Both the position numbers and the translations under genes were made by a program. 64,000 nucleotides of DNA from Camelus dromedarius (taxonomy: Eukaryota), in the NCBI RefSeq assembly GCF_036321535.1, contig NC_087437.1, positions 98,272,001 through 98,336,000 of the forward strand. The letters run 5' to 3'. Below the pieces are notes generated by a model. It saw only the letters and a program-made list of their open reading frames with translations. It did not search any database and was not told where the DNA came from. Shown one piece after another: positions 42,125 through 54,512 of the stretch; the first letter of the stretch is position 1, and each line of letters starts with the position of its first letter.

Positions 42125-42610
42125 TGTAATTTCTCCAGAGCTGCTATAACAAAACACCCAAACCTTGATGGCTTAAAGTAATAGTCATTTATTCTCTCAC
42201 TGCTCTGGAGATCAGAAGTCCAAAGTCAGGTTCATTGGGGCTAAATTAAGGTGTCAGCAGGGCCACAGGCCCTTCAGAGGCTCCGGGGGAGAATGGGCTC
42301 CTCGCCCCTTCCAGCTCCTGGTGGCTGCTGCCATGCCGTGGCTTGTGGCTTCATCGGTCCAATTTCTGCTTCCATGGTCACATTGCTTCTCGTCTTCATC
42401 TGTGTCAGGCCTCCCCTCAGCCTTTCACTTGTAAGAACGCTTGTGATTGTATTTCATACCTGTCTGGATATTCTGCAATCATCTTCCTTGAGTTCAAAAA
42501 CCCAAGCTTAACCATCTCTGTGAATTCTATTTTACTATATAAGGTAACATTCACAGATTCCAGGATTAAGATATGGATATCCTTATGGGGGCCACATTCA
42601 GCCCACCATA
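42125..42610 (-). mobile_element. MaLR solo LTR (MLT1A-D-like)
   Basis: gctgctataacaaaacacccaaaccttgatggcttaaa...atttattctctcac...aaggtgtcagcagggcc...aaggtaacattcacag...cacattcagcccaccata. Confidence 0.9.
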
Positions 42611-43204
42611 GGTGATGAATGTATCACTTTACTAAAAACAAGTTTCTTCTGGGGTACAAGCCATTGAAGAGAAATCAAAGGTGAGAGGTGCAATCTGTGA
42701 CAGAAAGAACCACCCTCAAAAAAAATCTTTTGCTGACCCTGTGATTCAGAAGTCAGTGAAGAAAAGGGTTCCTTTGGGAAAGGATTGTGTTCTAAAATTT
42801 TTGTGAGGCAGTTCTGTAAACTTCAGATCTTAGAATACTTTTCTAAGTTTAGAAACAATGAAGCTTCGGACAGTTTTGATTCTAGTGAGCCACAAAATCT
42901 ACTTCAGTGTAACTGAGGTACATTGAGGTTTACTTTTGTCTTCTTAAAAATCTACTCTATGGAAATCATAAGAAAAACAAAACACAAAATGTGTGTGTAG
43001 ACATGTTTTTGGCGACATTATGTATCATATAAAAAAGGTTTGGAAAGAAAAACTTAAATAAGCAACAATATAGAAGAGTTTATATAAATTGTACAATGTT
43101 CACATAATGGAATGTCATTTAGCCATATTAAGTTGATGTAAGAATGGTGGTTAAAGACGTGAGAAAACGTGCATATGAAATTTAAGTGAAATGCATAATG
43201 ATAC

Positions 43205-43638
43205 TATGTGTTTTGCGTGGGAATCTGTAATTTGGGCAGGGCTTGCTGGGGACAGCGTCCCTCTATTCCACTTGACGTCAGCTGTAGCAGCTCAGAGGCT
43301 GGTCTCATCTGAGGGCTTCTGTACTCATATGTCCAGCAGCTGATGTTGTTGGTCAGAACACCTACACATAGACTCTCCATATGACCTGGGTTTCCCTTCC
43401 TGGGTTCCCAGGGACAGTGTCCTAAAAGTGAGAGCCAGGCAGAAGCTGTATCACCTTTCATGACCCAGCCCTGGAAGCCCTGCAACATCGCTTTCACCAC
43501 ATTCTCTTGATCAAGGCAGCGGCAAGCCCTGGCCAGTTACACAGGGAGGGAAACGAAGACTATGTGTCGATGGAGAGGCAAGGTTCTGGCACCAGGAAAT
43601 ATTCTGTGGCCATTATGGGGAAATAGAGACTGCCACAC
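43205..43638 (-). mobile_element. MaLR LTR (MLT1F-like) inserted in an L1ME fragment (about 42970-43865)
   Basis: ggaatctgtaatttgggcagggc...gagagccaggcagaagctgtatcaccttt...actgccaca. Confidence 0.75.
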
Positions 43639-45239
43639 AAGGCCATAAGCTATATATATAGAGAGCATAATCCTGACAATGTTAAACACAAACACATAAT
43701 TACTAGCAGATTAGAAGAAAGTAGTAATAGCATTTCATATTAAAGGAGATAACAAATAGTATTTATTGGTGGTAGAATTATGGGTGATTTTTGTTTTCTT
43801 CTTCAGGTACTTTGAATTCCCCATACATTTTATGAATAAATATAATTGTTATTAAAAATACTGATATACTTTTAAGAAAAGAGAGTATGTGAATAGCACT
43901 TTAAACAGCATTCTTATATACAATACATCACATGATCCTGGCAATAACCCAGAGGGCGCGAGGTACTAAACAAATTCTCAGGCCAAAAACCTGAGACTAG
44001 TTTATGGTGGATCTGAACTTCAAATTCTAGGCTTTTGATGCTGAAGTCTTGTTTTCCATTGTGCCACAGTTCCCATGGTTTCTCCTTTAAGATGGATTGA
44101 CAATTGCAGTTAAAATACTTGCAGCCTTTAGGGGGGAATCCCTTCTGCTATCTTCTTGTCCTTCATTGTCTCGGTGGTAGAAAGATGATTCTTCCTCTCT
44201 CTCTATTCCATCTCTGTGGCTCTACAGGTACTTGTTGGGAAGAGGGAACATTAGAAACCCTTGAGAAGCCTGGAAATGTTCAGGGAAGAAAGAATAGGGG
44301 ATGCAAATGTTTGGGGGAGGGACATGGGAGAATTCTCTTGCAGTGGGAAACATCAGAAAGGGTATAGGGGTAATTTTGAAATCTCATTGTCTGCAGGCTC
44401 ACATAACACAGGTGGGGACTAGGTGTGTCAATGGTGATCCTGAGACAAGATAGATGAGGGAGAGGAAAACAGGGATGACTTTCCCAAGGACATCACTTTC
44501 CATAAGGAAGAGGAGAAGTTTCTGGGGATGGACGTGTAAAGGCGTGGGTATCTAGTTCTAAGAGCTGACCATAAATAACTAAAGGATTTTCATAAGATGA
44601 GTGCTGGTACCCCAAATTACCAGCAAATCTGGTGGTGAGGGGAGAGAAAATTGTCTGTTTAGCTAAAGAATTCAAGAGCAATTAAATGAATTTGAAATGG
44701 CCTAAACCAAACTTGTCTTCTCAATTGAAATTTTTTCAAGATGTGTTTAGGTTCAAATGGAATATCCAATTTTGGACAGAGAAGAAAAGCTTTAATCATA
44801 TAAACAAACTAAAATAATAAAATCAGTAAGTGTATAGGGATAGACAGTTACATGACAGCATGAGTGAACATCTCTCTATTGTTATACTGAGCCTAAGTGA
44901 ACAGAACTCATCTTCATTCGTTTTGAATCCTTCAGTGTCCGCAGAGCCAACTGCCAACGTGTATTGGACTTCATGCTCTGACGCCTGTTAACTTCCTTAG
45001 AGTAAGCCTCTAGAGTTTGTGGGACAACCTACACCTTCTCCTTTGGATTAGTGAATATTGTTAGAGCCCTTACGTTTCATTAGTTTTATCTCCTAGACTA
45101 TTGTCTATAGTCTGAAGAGCAAAGGCAAATGTTAAAATAATCAAACTGATTTTAGTGATCAAAAGATCATTGTTCTATGCTCAGGTAAACTGAATATTAA
45201 AAGTTTAATAAAAAATATTAAAACTGAATATTGAAAGTT

Positions 45240-45606
45240 CATCAATATTTCTGATTCTTCTTTTCATAGGTACATAGTGTACATGAATACATTTCCTACT
45301 CTCTTAAAGTTAAGCAGACCAGTGTTTTGGTTGGTGTAATGTTAAGGAGGTGTTAGGTCTTTTAAAAGTCAGTACTCAATTCACCATGTCCTTTCCCCTT
45401 TGCCAAGGCAACCAGTGACACTCCCAGAGAGTGGAGGCACCAACACCATGGATGACGCCACCCCCTCCCCACCAGAAAAAGAGACCACTACCAGTTCAAC
45501 TTGGACACGTAGTAATAATACGAAATAAACCTTTGTGGTTCTCAGTCACTGACAATTTAAGGTTCTTTGATACTGCATCATAACTTAGCCTATCCTGAGT
45601 GATACA
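45240..45606 (+). mobile_element. MaLR LTR (MLT1I-like)
   Basis: gaaataaacctttgtggttctcagtcactga...ataacttagcctatcctgagtgataca. Confidence 0.75.
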
Positions 45607-45839
45607 CCCAATGAAACTGATGGACTTGGAACTGATGATTAAGCATTTCTTAAGCACACGAGTTGTGGGAAATTTGAATTACTAGAAGGTAAGCTCTGCC
45701 CTCTAAAAACATACATCCAAAAAAAAAAAAAAGGAAGAAAGAAAAATGAAAAAAAAGTTATGTAAAAAAAATCAAAAGGCATAAAATATATATAGAAAAT
45801 TTAAGGAAAATGCTAATGAAAGAAAAAAATGAAAAAAAA

Positions 45840-46490
45840 AGTCCCCACAAAAGCCCTCACTAATGTTTATAGCAGCTTTACTCACAATTGCCGAAACCTG
45901 AAGGCAACCAAGATGTCCTCCAATAGGTGAGTGGGTGAACAAAATGGGGTATGTATACATACAACGGAATATTATTTAGTGATAAAAAGGAATAAACTAT
46001 CAAGCCACAAAGAGACATAAACCTTAAAAGCATATTGCTAATTGAAAGAAGCCAACCTGAAAAGATGATGTACTATGTGATTCCAGTTACACGACATTTT
46101 GGGACGGGAAAAGCTATGGAGACAAGGTGATCAGTGGTGGCCAAGGAGCCGGGAAGGGGGGTTGGTGAGGGCAGAGGTGGGTAGGAGAGATGAATGGGTG
46201 GAGCTTAGGGCAGTGAAACTAGTTACATGTTATCATACATTTGTCAACACCCATAGAGGGTATAAAACACATATAACTAAGGGCCCAATATAAACTAATG
46301 GCTTTAGTTAAAATAAAGTATCAATATTGGTTGCTCAACTGTAACAAATGCACCACACTAATGCAAGAGGTTAATAATAATGGAAACTGACACAGGGGGT
46401 GGCAGTGTGGGAGTAGATGGGGAATTTGTGTACTTTCCATTCTATTTTTCTGTAAACCTGAAACTGCTCAAAAATTTATTTTAAAAAAGC
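45840..46490 (+). mobile_element. L1MC-like 3' end
   Basis: aatgtttatagcagctttactcacaattgcc...caactgtaacaaatgcaccacactaatgcaag...ttttctgtaaacctgaaactgctc. Confidence 0.88.
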
Positions 46491-46899
46491 ATAAGAAAAA
46501 GCAAAGAATAACTTTCCTGAGTTAAATGTCAAAGAGTCATTGAAAGTATTACAAAATAACTGTGTAAGTGGTGGCAGGTTGTTAGACTGAGGCTGGTCTG
46601 GTGGGTTTGATTGTGGAATATTTGACGGCAAGAAGAGTGATGAATTGGAATATTATCCCAGAGGGGACATGAAAAATAATTAAACGAAATTCTTGGAAAA
46701 AAGAAAATAGATTTAGGTTAATTATAGTTAATAGGAGGGAAGAAAGATTCTTTCAAAATAACATACAATTTAGCCCTCAGGGCAGAAATATGTCTTCCAC
46801 CAGTTAGCAATAATGCTGCAGCACAGTGTTGCTTAAGCAGGTGACCCTGGAGGGATGTGGCTTTGAGTACATTTATGTGATGGACAGAAATAACATAAG

Positions 46900-47920
46900 C
46901 AGGGAATTCCCACTTTGGGAACGGCAATGTGAGGAGCTCTGGAAACCCATTTTCCAGCAAGACAACATAACTGGTAAAATTCTTTTTTAAAAATACTCTG
47001 AAAAATTTCCAAAAGGCACACAGCAAATGAAGAAATATTACGTAAGAAAATCTATGAACTCTTCCTGAGAATAGCGAGAGTCTATGGTATTTGAGCCATG
47101 AACTCCTCCTTCTCTCCCCACCACAGCTCAGTGTGATGGAAGGTCCATTCAAGTTGAATGTGGCCGAGAAGATGAGGATCCGTCTCCCCAGCTCCCAGTT
47201 AGGGGTGTCAGTGTCTCCTTGGAAGGACTAGGTAAGTCATAAGCATTCCTCATCCTCTGCAAAGCTCTGTGTTACAAAGGCTACTGTCAACCAAAAAAAA
47301 AAAAAAAAAAAAGAAAACTCAACCTAAAAGTTGAGAATTATGTTTTATTTTGCGGACTCACTGAGGACTTAAGCCCAGAAGGCAGTCTCTCAGATAGATC
47401 TGAGGGACTACTCTGAAGAGGTAAGGGAGGAGCCAGGATATATGGGAGTTTTTGCAAAAAAAAAGAAAGAAAAAAACCCCAATAGTCAAAACATTAAAGA
47501 TTACTGTTAATTAAAGAAAACTAGATATCTTGTTAATGAATTTAGTGCTTTTCTCTGTATAGGAAGATGTAAGAGTCTGGGCTCATTGAAATTATTCCTT
47601 TGATATGCATCTTAACTATCTAAGGCCAGTATCCTGTTTTTCTCCATCCTGAATCCCCTCAGGGTCCATAGTTGGGCCGCTGCAGTAGCTGATGACTTGA
47701 TGGCTGCAGTCACTGATAGTTTAAGGGCAGACAATCTTTTCTGAGTGTGGCAGGGAAGAATGCTGGGCTTTGATTGCCCTAGCCCCAGCTCATTCATAGG
47801 GTACAGGTTCCCCACTAGGAATGACGAACTGAGAGCACCCAAAGCTATCATCCCCACCCAGCACCCTGTAAAAACAGGGATGTTACTCTAAGAGAAGCAG
47901 GTCACTATCTCTGCCTCTTA
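46900..47920 (+). mobile_element. Old L1M 5' UTR-like fragment, interrupted by an LTR
   Basis: ttcccactttgggaacggcaatgtgaggagctc...gcacacagcaaatgaagaaatatt...aagaaaatctatgaa. Confidence 0.5.
47285..47712 (-). mobile_element. ERV1 LTR (MER41-like, cetartiodactyl)
   Basis: tgtcaacc(A)n...aacctaaaagttgagaattatgttttatt...actgaggacttaagccc...gagtctgggctcattgaaattattcctttgatatgca...ttctccatcctgaatcccctcaggg. Confidence 0.75.
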
Positions 47921-49469
47921 TCACTCTGTGTTCCATGCTTTCATAGCCCAGTCGTTCAAGTCTCCAGCTTCACCCCAGGAAGAAGAGATGTTGGAAAAAA
48001 CAGAAACAAAAACAACCTGATTTTAAATGTCCAGACTCACAAGAAACGCCTCATCTTTGATGAAAGTATAAGAGTATGATCATTTTCTATGACTGTATTT
48101 AAGATTAGAAGCCTTCTTGATTTGCTTAAGCTAGGAAGGCACTCACAGGAAGAGAATAGCTAGAGAGGTCCCTTCTTCCCTAGCAAAACCAGGGACTCTG
48201 TGCTTCAAACTTCTCCGTCCCCTTCTAAATACACCTAGCTCTTTCCACGGTCTCTCTAATTACATAAACCACCCACTTGAAAATATTCCCTTTATTTGAG
48301 AAAGGCAGCCTTGAAGCCAGAGGCTTCCATTTGTTTCTTCCCATGGCCTTCTATCGGTCAGAAATCATGAGTGACGTTTATCAGTCCTACTTGGCCAAGG
48401 AAAGGGGATTATTCTGTCTCCACTGCAGACCACCTCCTCATCCTGAATATGCTCTGTTTGGATTTTCCACTGCCATGTGGACATATAGTAAGAGTGATTT
48501 CATCTAAGACTTTATTCTTCCCCTTGGTGGTTGGGAAACAGAAAATGTGGTTTTTCTGGATAAATAAAACGCAATAGCTGAAAACCAAAATGTTGATTAG
48601 ATTAATTGTATGGTATTGGAATAAAAGGAAATTACATCTCTCAGCCCAGTTCCCACATGTGAAAGAGATGAGCTTCTGCTATCACATCTATTTAACACAC
48701 CTTTATTAAGTACCTGCTGAACCCCTGAACATTTGTATTACTTCTCTGATACTCTTAAAACCTGGTGATTTGGCTTTGTAGATAAGTTGCCACTGTCAAA
48801 GCTCTCTAATGAATGGATACTTGAGCTAGTGGACTAGTTCATACCTGCACTGGTCTCTGGCATTTCTACACCCATAGGGACCCAGATTTCCTTTAGGATC
48901 TGAAATAGCCTAATGCTAGATCCAGCTCCTACCCTGGTCTTATCATCAAGGAGTTGGTTTTACCACATCAAGAGAGCATCTTCTGCCCGGGTTTGATTCT
49001 GGATAGTTCAGCAGAGGGTAGCTAGCCCTCAGGAACATGAAACGTATTTGACAGGCAGGAGAGGCCATGGATTCTCACCTCAGGCCTATCTCAGCACTTG
49101 GTGTTTGTTTGGAAGGGTTGATAGCTTCCCTGCTAAAGGCAAAAATTCTAAGATGCTCACTGCTGTTTGGTACAACAGGTAATTAGACCTTTATTGGCAA
49201 AACCCCCAAAGTTCCCTTCCTATTCTCCTTTGAAGAACAAGCTCCTCTTATCAGGAATTTCTCAGCTGATAGCATCTCTGCAGATTAGAGAAGGTAGAAG
49301 AGAGAAGGCCTGGGTCGGCCCACAGAGACAATGAGCCCCAGGGCTACAGGTGGCTGGGGGGCTGGGCACTGCTTCAGGGGAATGGATGCGCTTCTACCTT
49401 GTCAATTACGTTGTTTCCCTGACCAGAGATGGGGAAGCTGCCTTTCATTTTGTGTGCATGGAGAGATCA

Positions 49470-50010
49470 CCTTTCATTCATACTTACTGAGTAACTGCTA
49501 CGTATCACGATTTGGACACACTTCACGTTTCCTGCCTTTAGAAGGGATCAATGCAAGATATGCTGTTAACCACACAAATGAGTGCAGTCCACAAAGCATT
49601 ATGGGACTGCCGCGGGCTGGACAGTACGCCACCTGGAGAGTCACGGTGGGGAGGGCTTCTTTGAGGAGGTGATATTTGTTAGGTCTTAAAGAGAAACACA
49701 AGTTTACTAGGCTAAGAATGGCAATGAGAGCAAAGGGGGGTGGTATTTTAGGCAGAGAATGTCACATGATTGAAGGCGCTGATGCCAAGAAGGCAGATGT
49801 GCTCAGGAAACAGTGAATTCTTACTGGGAAGGTTTGAAAACTGATTGGTGGTGATGGGCAGAAGTGTGTTAGATAGAGGGAGAAAGAGGTGGAAATGTGA
49901 AAATGCCGGCAGGGCCAGAAGTCACAGGGCGCACTGCAAGCCCAGCGAGGGGGCTACCACTATAAGGATTTGCAGTTTATGGAAAGATTAGCTCCAGTGG
50001 CTGTCAGAGG
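49470..50010 (-). mobile_element. LINE-2 fragment
   Basis: tcattcatacttactgagtaactgcta...agggcttctttgaggaggtgatattt...gaaagattagctccagtggctgt. Confidence 0.6.
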
Positions 50011-51641
50011 CAACCCTTCCAGTCTTTGGAGAAACTTGCTGTTTTCTAATTACAACAATGTCATCTCACTGTTCTATTCTTAAATGATCATTTCGTATCA
50101 ATTAGCTAAGGGAAAATACAATCTCAGACGACACGCCTACACCGACGTGCTCCTCTGGGGCCCTCCTGGTATAGCTTTCAGAAAACTACAGGGTGTGAAA
50201 CCCATAGAACGTTAGACCATGTCCTTTTCCAGATGTGATCTGGGAGGTGAACGTTTATCCGCAAAAATGAGCAAAATGGACAGTCCAAAAGCACCGTCAA
50301 CTTCTCTCAGAGTGCCTACTCAGTGATGTTTGGTAAAAGCAGAAACTGGAAAATAGAAGGTTGTCTAGGTCTTTGTCCCTAAAAAAGTCTGTGAAAAGAC
50401 TGGAACGGCTCAAAAATCCTGTTCTGACTACAAAATTATATTTTAAAACGTGGGCGATTGCCGGCAAGGTTTATGTGTTTACCTTTAGACACTCAGGTGA
50501 GGGCAGCCCACGTGCAGCAGCACGCCCCCGCAGCCCGCCAAAGTGGAAGTTTGTGGGATTTGAGTTGTACTGTCAATTATTCTGCTACCAACTGTGAAGA
50601 GCACATTAATTCAGGTTTTTCAGAGCAGGGGTCTCTTTTACCTATGAGATGTTCTAAGCATTATTGCATCGATCATTTAGAGAAGCGTAGGGGTAAGTTA
50701 ATACCAAATGATGCCAACAGATCCCTCTGCCAGCCCTTACAAGGTGCCAGCATGACACACGTCTTCTCTACATTTGATGAAATAAATGAAAAGTGGCGTG
50801 CTCATTAACGTTTAAGACCTATTCTCTGTAACCAAAGAGGTCAATTTCGAGACAGCAGTGGTAGGAAAAATGTTTTTTCGTAATTATTTCTTTGTAAATA
50901 TTTCCACATTAACAAGCTTGAAATAGAACTTTGCATGGCATAGGTGGTCACAATCTGATTTTATTAAAATCATTGGCACTATCCTATAGTCAAGAATTAC
51001 TAGCTGCTAGTTTTCTTAAAAATGCCTCAATTTATTACGATACACTTGTTATGCTTTTTCGCCAAATCAATAAACAAAATGAAACATGGCTGTGCATCTT
51101 CGATTCTGATGGCAGTGTCTATGCACAGAACTTTTCAACATTTCAACAATGTAGAGCAGCTGTCTGTATTTCTATTACTTGAACACTTTTTTTAGACAAT
51201 GTTTATAAACTTGTTAGGAGAGAGAGAGAGAAGTTGCAAAATTTTCAGATTTTAATTTGAAATTTTAATAGGCTTAGTTTAGTGTCAGAAAATAGAAACT
51301 CATCTGTGGGAAAATGCCTTCCTCCTAAATTATTAATAATATATTTAAAAATAAAAATTCCCAGCCCATCGGTTCACAAGGATAGAGCTATTTTGCTTTG
51401 TCTAAATAAATTGGTCTCTATTACATATTACATATGTACATCGTTTATCAAACTACTCACTACCTATGACATAGAGCACATACTTACATACGTTATGTGT
51501 GCATGTACACTACACACACATTCATCTCTGGAAAATGAGCGAAGACTTTTTTCTTTTATTTAAAATAAACTTAACACTCATTGAATTTTAGATAGAAACC
51601 TAATAAAATCTTATCTTAAAACAAGTTTGTATCAAATCAAC

Positions 51642-51647
51642 TTTATT
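51642..51647 (-). terminator. Candidate distal poly(A) signal AATAAA
   Basis: mRNA reads UUUGUACAGUGUUCAAAAAUAAAGUUG, followed by GU/U-rich sequence. Confidence 0.5.
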
Positions 51648-51980
51648 TTTGAACACTGTACAAACTTTTTCCCACTTTAAAAATCTGTAATGACTGTACA
51701 GTTACACACCAAACAACAGGATCAAAGCTAGGCAGGACAGGTTACTGGCTGGCTGTCTTTCTGGGCTATGCTTCAATTGCCTGTCTCTAGATACACTCAC
51801 TCATTGGCCACCTTCTTTTTTTCCTCAATTTTTTTCTGAGAAGGACCAAGCATCCTTGAAGACTGATTGTTATTTTCATGACCAGAGGCTTTAAAGTTTA
51901 TGGAAAGTCTGAAAATCAGAGAAAGGCCACAAAATAACAGCCATTTCAAACCAGAGACAATGCCAATTTTTTTTTCCTCA

Positions 51981-51986
51981 TTTATT
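51981..51986 (-). terminator. Candidate main poly(A) signal AATAAA
   Basis: mRNA reads GAAUUUGAAUAAAUGAGG; UGUA and U-rich tract upstream; gives a UTR of about 3.5 kb. Confidence 0.6.
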
Positions 51987-52494
51987 CAAATTCACTGCAG
52001 GAAGTAAACACTAAAAGATTAAAAAAACAAAACAAAAATTCACACTGCAGTATGTACAGTTTCATGACATCACATGAAGAAATTAAATTCTAATAAAAAT
52101 GACAAATCATACTTTTGAGCAGATTGCATCAAAATTGCTTGTGTAAACCCCAGAATTCATACCATGAACGGTAATGCGCCTATATTCCAGGATACTGGAA
52201 TACTCCTGGTATATTATTATGTTTCCAATGGAATTAAAAAATTCATGAAAGTACTGTGTGAACTCTTTATGACGAAAAGTGGTTGACTTGACTTAAAAAG
52301 TTTTAAGACCCTTGGATTCAAAGCACGTTCTTTCACAAAGCTGAAACCACAGAAGCCGTGTCCAGAAATGGAATACTGTCATGTTGGGATGAACATCTGA
52401 TCTGACTTGTTAAGACATTTTTGCCAAATGCACAGATGCACAGGGTCCCCCATGCACTTTTCATGCAGCAGGTAATCACAACTTAAATAAAAGG

Positions 52495-52500
52495 TTTATT
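52495..52500 (-). terminator. Candidate proximal poly(A) signal AATAAA
   Basis: mRNA reads UGUAUGUAUAC...AAAUGUAUAAAAUAAACC; several UGUA elements upstream and U/GU-rich sequence downstream. Confidence 0.55.
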
Positions 52501-52719
52501 TTATACATTTGTCCAGACTTGCAACTGTATACATACATGCACAATTTTTAAACCTGTCCAATTATATTTACACTTATACATGGAATATACAGAAACCAAA
52601 GAGATTAAAAGGCTTTTCTGTTGCATTAGAACAATACAAAATATGTATTTTTTCATTAAGGAAATCACTATTTACATCACCTTTAAAAACCGATTTTAAC
52701 ATCTTCATGTAACAAGTCA

Positions 52720-52763
52720 ATATATATATATACATATTATATATATATATATATAAAATATAT
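52720..52763. repeat. Interrupted (AT)n tract in the NRIP1 3' UTR
   Basis: atatatatatatacatattatatatatatatatataaaatatata. Confidence 0.9.
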
Positions 52764-54316
52764 ACTCTCACCAGTTTACTCTTCTGTAAGATGCAGCAGA
52801 GAACAGGTAATGCTATCTTACTGATGTCAATGAGAGCTGTAGTACCCTTTCACAAATCATTTTATTGGGAAGGAATTGTCTAGATATCTAAAACAGTCCT
52901 TGAAAATGTGTGTATGTGCATCCTTGTATCTACACAGCCATAAACAAAGTGAATTTACGGATGTACGCCCTTTCTCACTGCTCTTCTTTAAAATCATACT
53001 GAACTCAAATTGGGGACACTCTCTAGTAAATCAGAACTGCTTTCTCTGTGGTCACATTTATTTATGTATCATGTATCTTTCATTTCTTTTAACTGTTGAC
53101 AACAATAACAACAAAAACAACCAATCAACGAAACAAGCAAAAAAGCAATGCTGGCCTGTGATCTTTTTCCTGACCTAAATTTCACTCCCTTGTTAAAAAA
53201 AGACCATTTTCCCTTAACCAAAGGGTAATACCAAAATTTTTTCTAGCATACTTCTAAGGTTCCAGACCTTTCACAGTGGCAGAAAAAAAATGACTTGTTT
53301 AAGAACTAATTTATATCATGTAGACAATAAGATTGTCACAGAGTAAATACGGGATGGAGTTGAATCTACTCACCGGCCAGTGGAATTCTCACTTCAGAAC
53401 AAGCATATGCCTTCATCTCTTTGTGACGTAGCATACTAGTCACTCCTATTATTTTATAATATATCCAGTAACTATTTACAAATCATTTTGAGAAAAAAAA
53501 ATAATCATTTAGGGTTTTAGATCACATTAGGAAATAACACCTATTTTAAGTATAAAAGTCTTAGAAACAATTTCAAGTAGAACAATTTCAAATAGATTTC
53601 CTTCTAATTAATAGTTGATTATATAACAATTTTTTGACAGGTCAGTTGCTAACCTGGTTCACAATTAAAACCAAAAATATCTGGTGAATGAATTGTGGAT
53701 TGTAAAAACTGAACTGAAAACCATGGGCTTGTTTCAAGATAGAAACGCCATGTGGCTCAATAATATATTAAGTTCTTCCAAGAACACATCAATGTGTACT
53801 TTAAGCACTACTTTAAAATAATAGATCTGATGGAGTGACTGTGTACAATTCTGTCATGTATATGTGCCCTTTGTACTTTTTCGTTTAGTCAGTCTGAGTT
53901 GAGTGCCTTTCTTGGGTTTGAAATAAATGTTTTCATCTTTGTCAGCACTGTTCTTAGGACGATGGTTTTAATAGAAGTTAAGGATGTATTATTCAGGAGG
54001 AGTTTCCGAACCATCCTGGAATCACCTGAGTTTGGTAAGTGGCCCTGTTGTTCCATCCCTAAGGCTAATTAAGTAGATGTTACTCTTTAGAACACATAAT
54101 AATCACAGATTTTCCTGAGATGTTGAGCCAGATATGAACGTTGTCCCTTCCACCCAATTTTTTGGTCATAAAAAGTATTCTGAACTAGATTTCCAAAGAC
54201 ATAACAGTAATATATGAAGTACAATACTGCAAATTTTGAGTTGATGTGTGACTGTACTGGGGAAAATACAGGCATCAAATAGTCTGTTTGCAGTCCTGTG
54301 TTCTGAGAGTCATAAG

Positions 54317-54512
54317 CTATGGTTCCCACACTTCAGTGTGCAGAAGAAACACCTGGGGAGTGTGCTGAGAGGCAGATGGAAGATTCCCAGGTCCACTTAG
54401 CAGAGATTCTTGTTCTGGAGAGCTGAGAGGCTGCCTAAGAACCTGCATTTTAAAATGAGTGCTCCAGATGACTCTAGCGCAGGTGGTCTGAGTCCAGCTT
54501 TAAGAAACCCTG
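54317..54512. mobile_element. MER5A-like hAT MITE inside the NRIP1 3' UTR
   Basis: ctatggttcccacactt...acacctgggga...agattcccaggtccac...cctaagaacctgcattttaa...ccagatgactct...tttaagaaaccctg. Confidence 0.75.

Noticed and set aside
49930..49960. CTCF-like CAGCGAGGGGGCTA with upstream TGCA
   Set aside because: Mismatches at key core positions and lies within an L2 fragment; cannot be supported without a matrix scan or ChIP.
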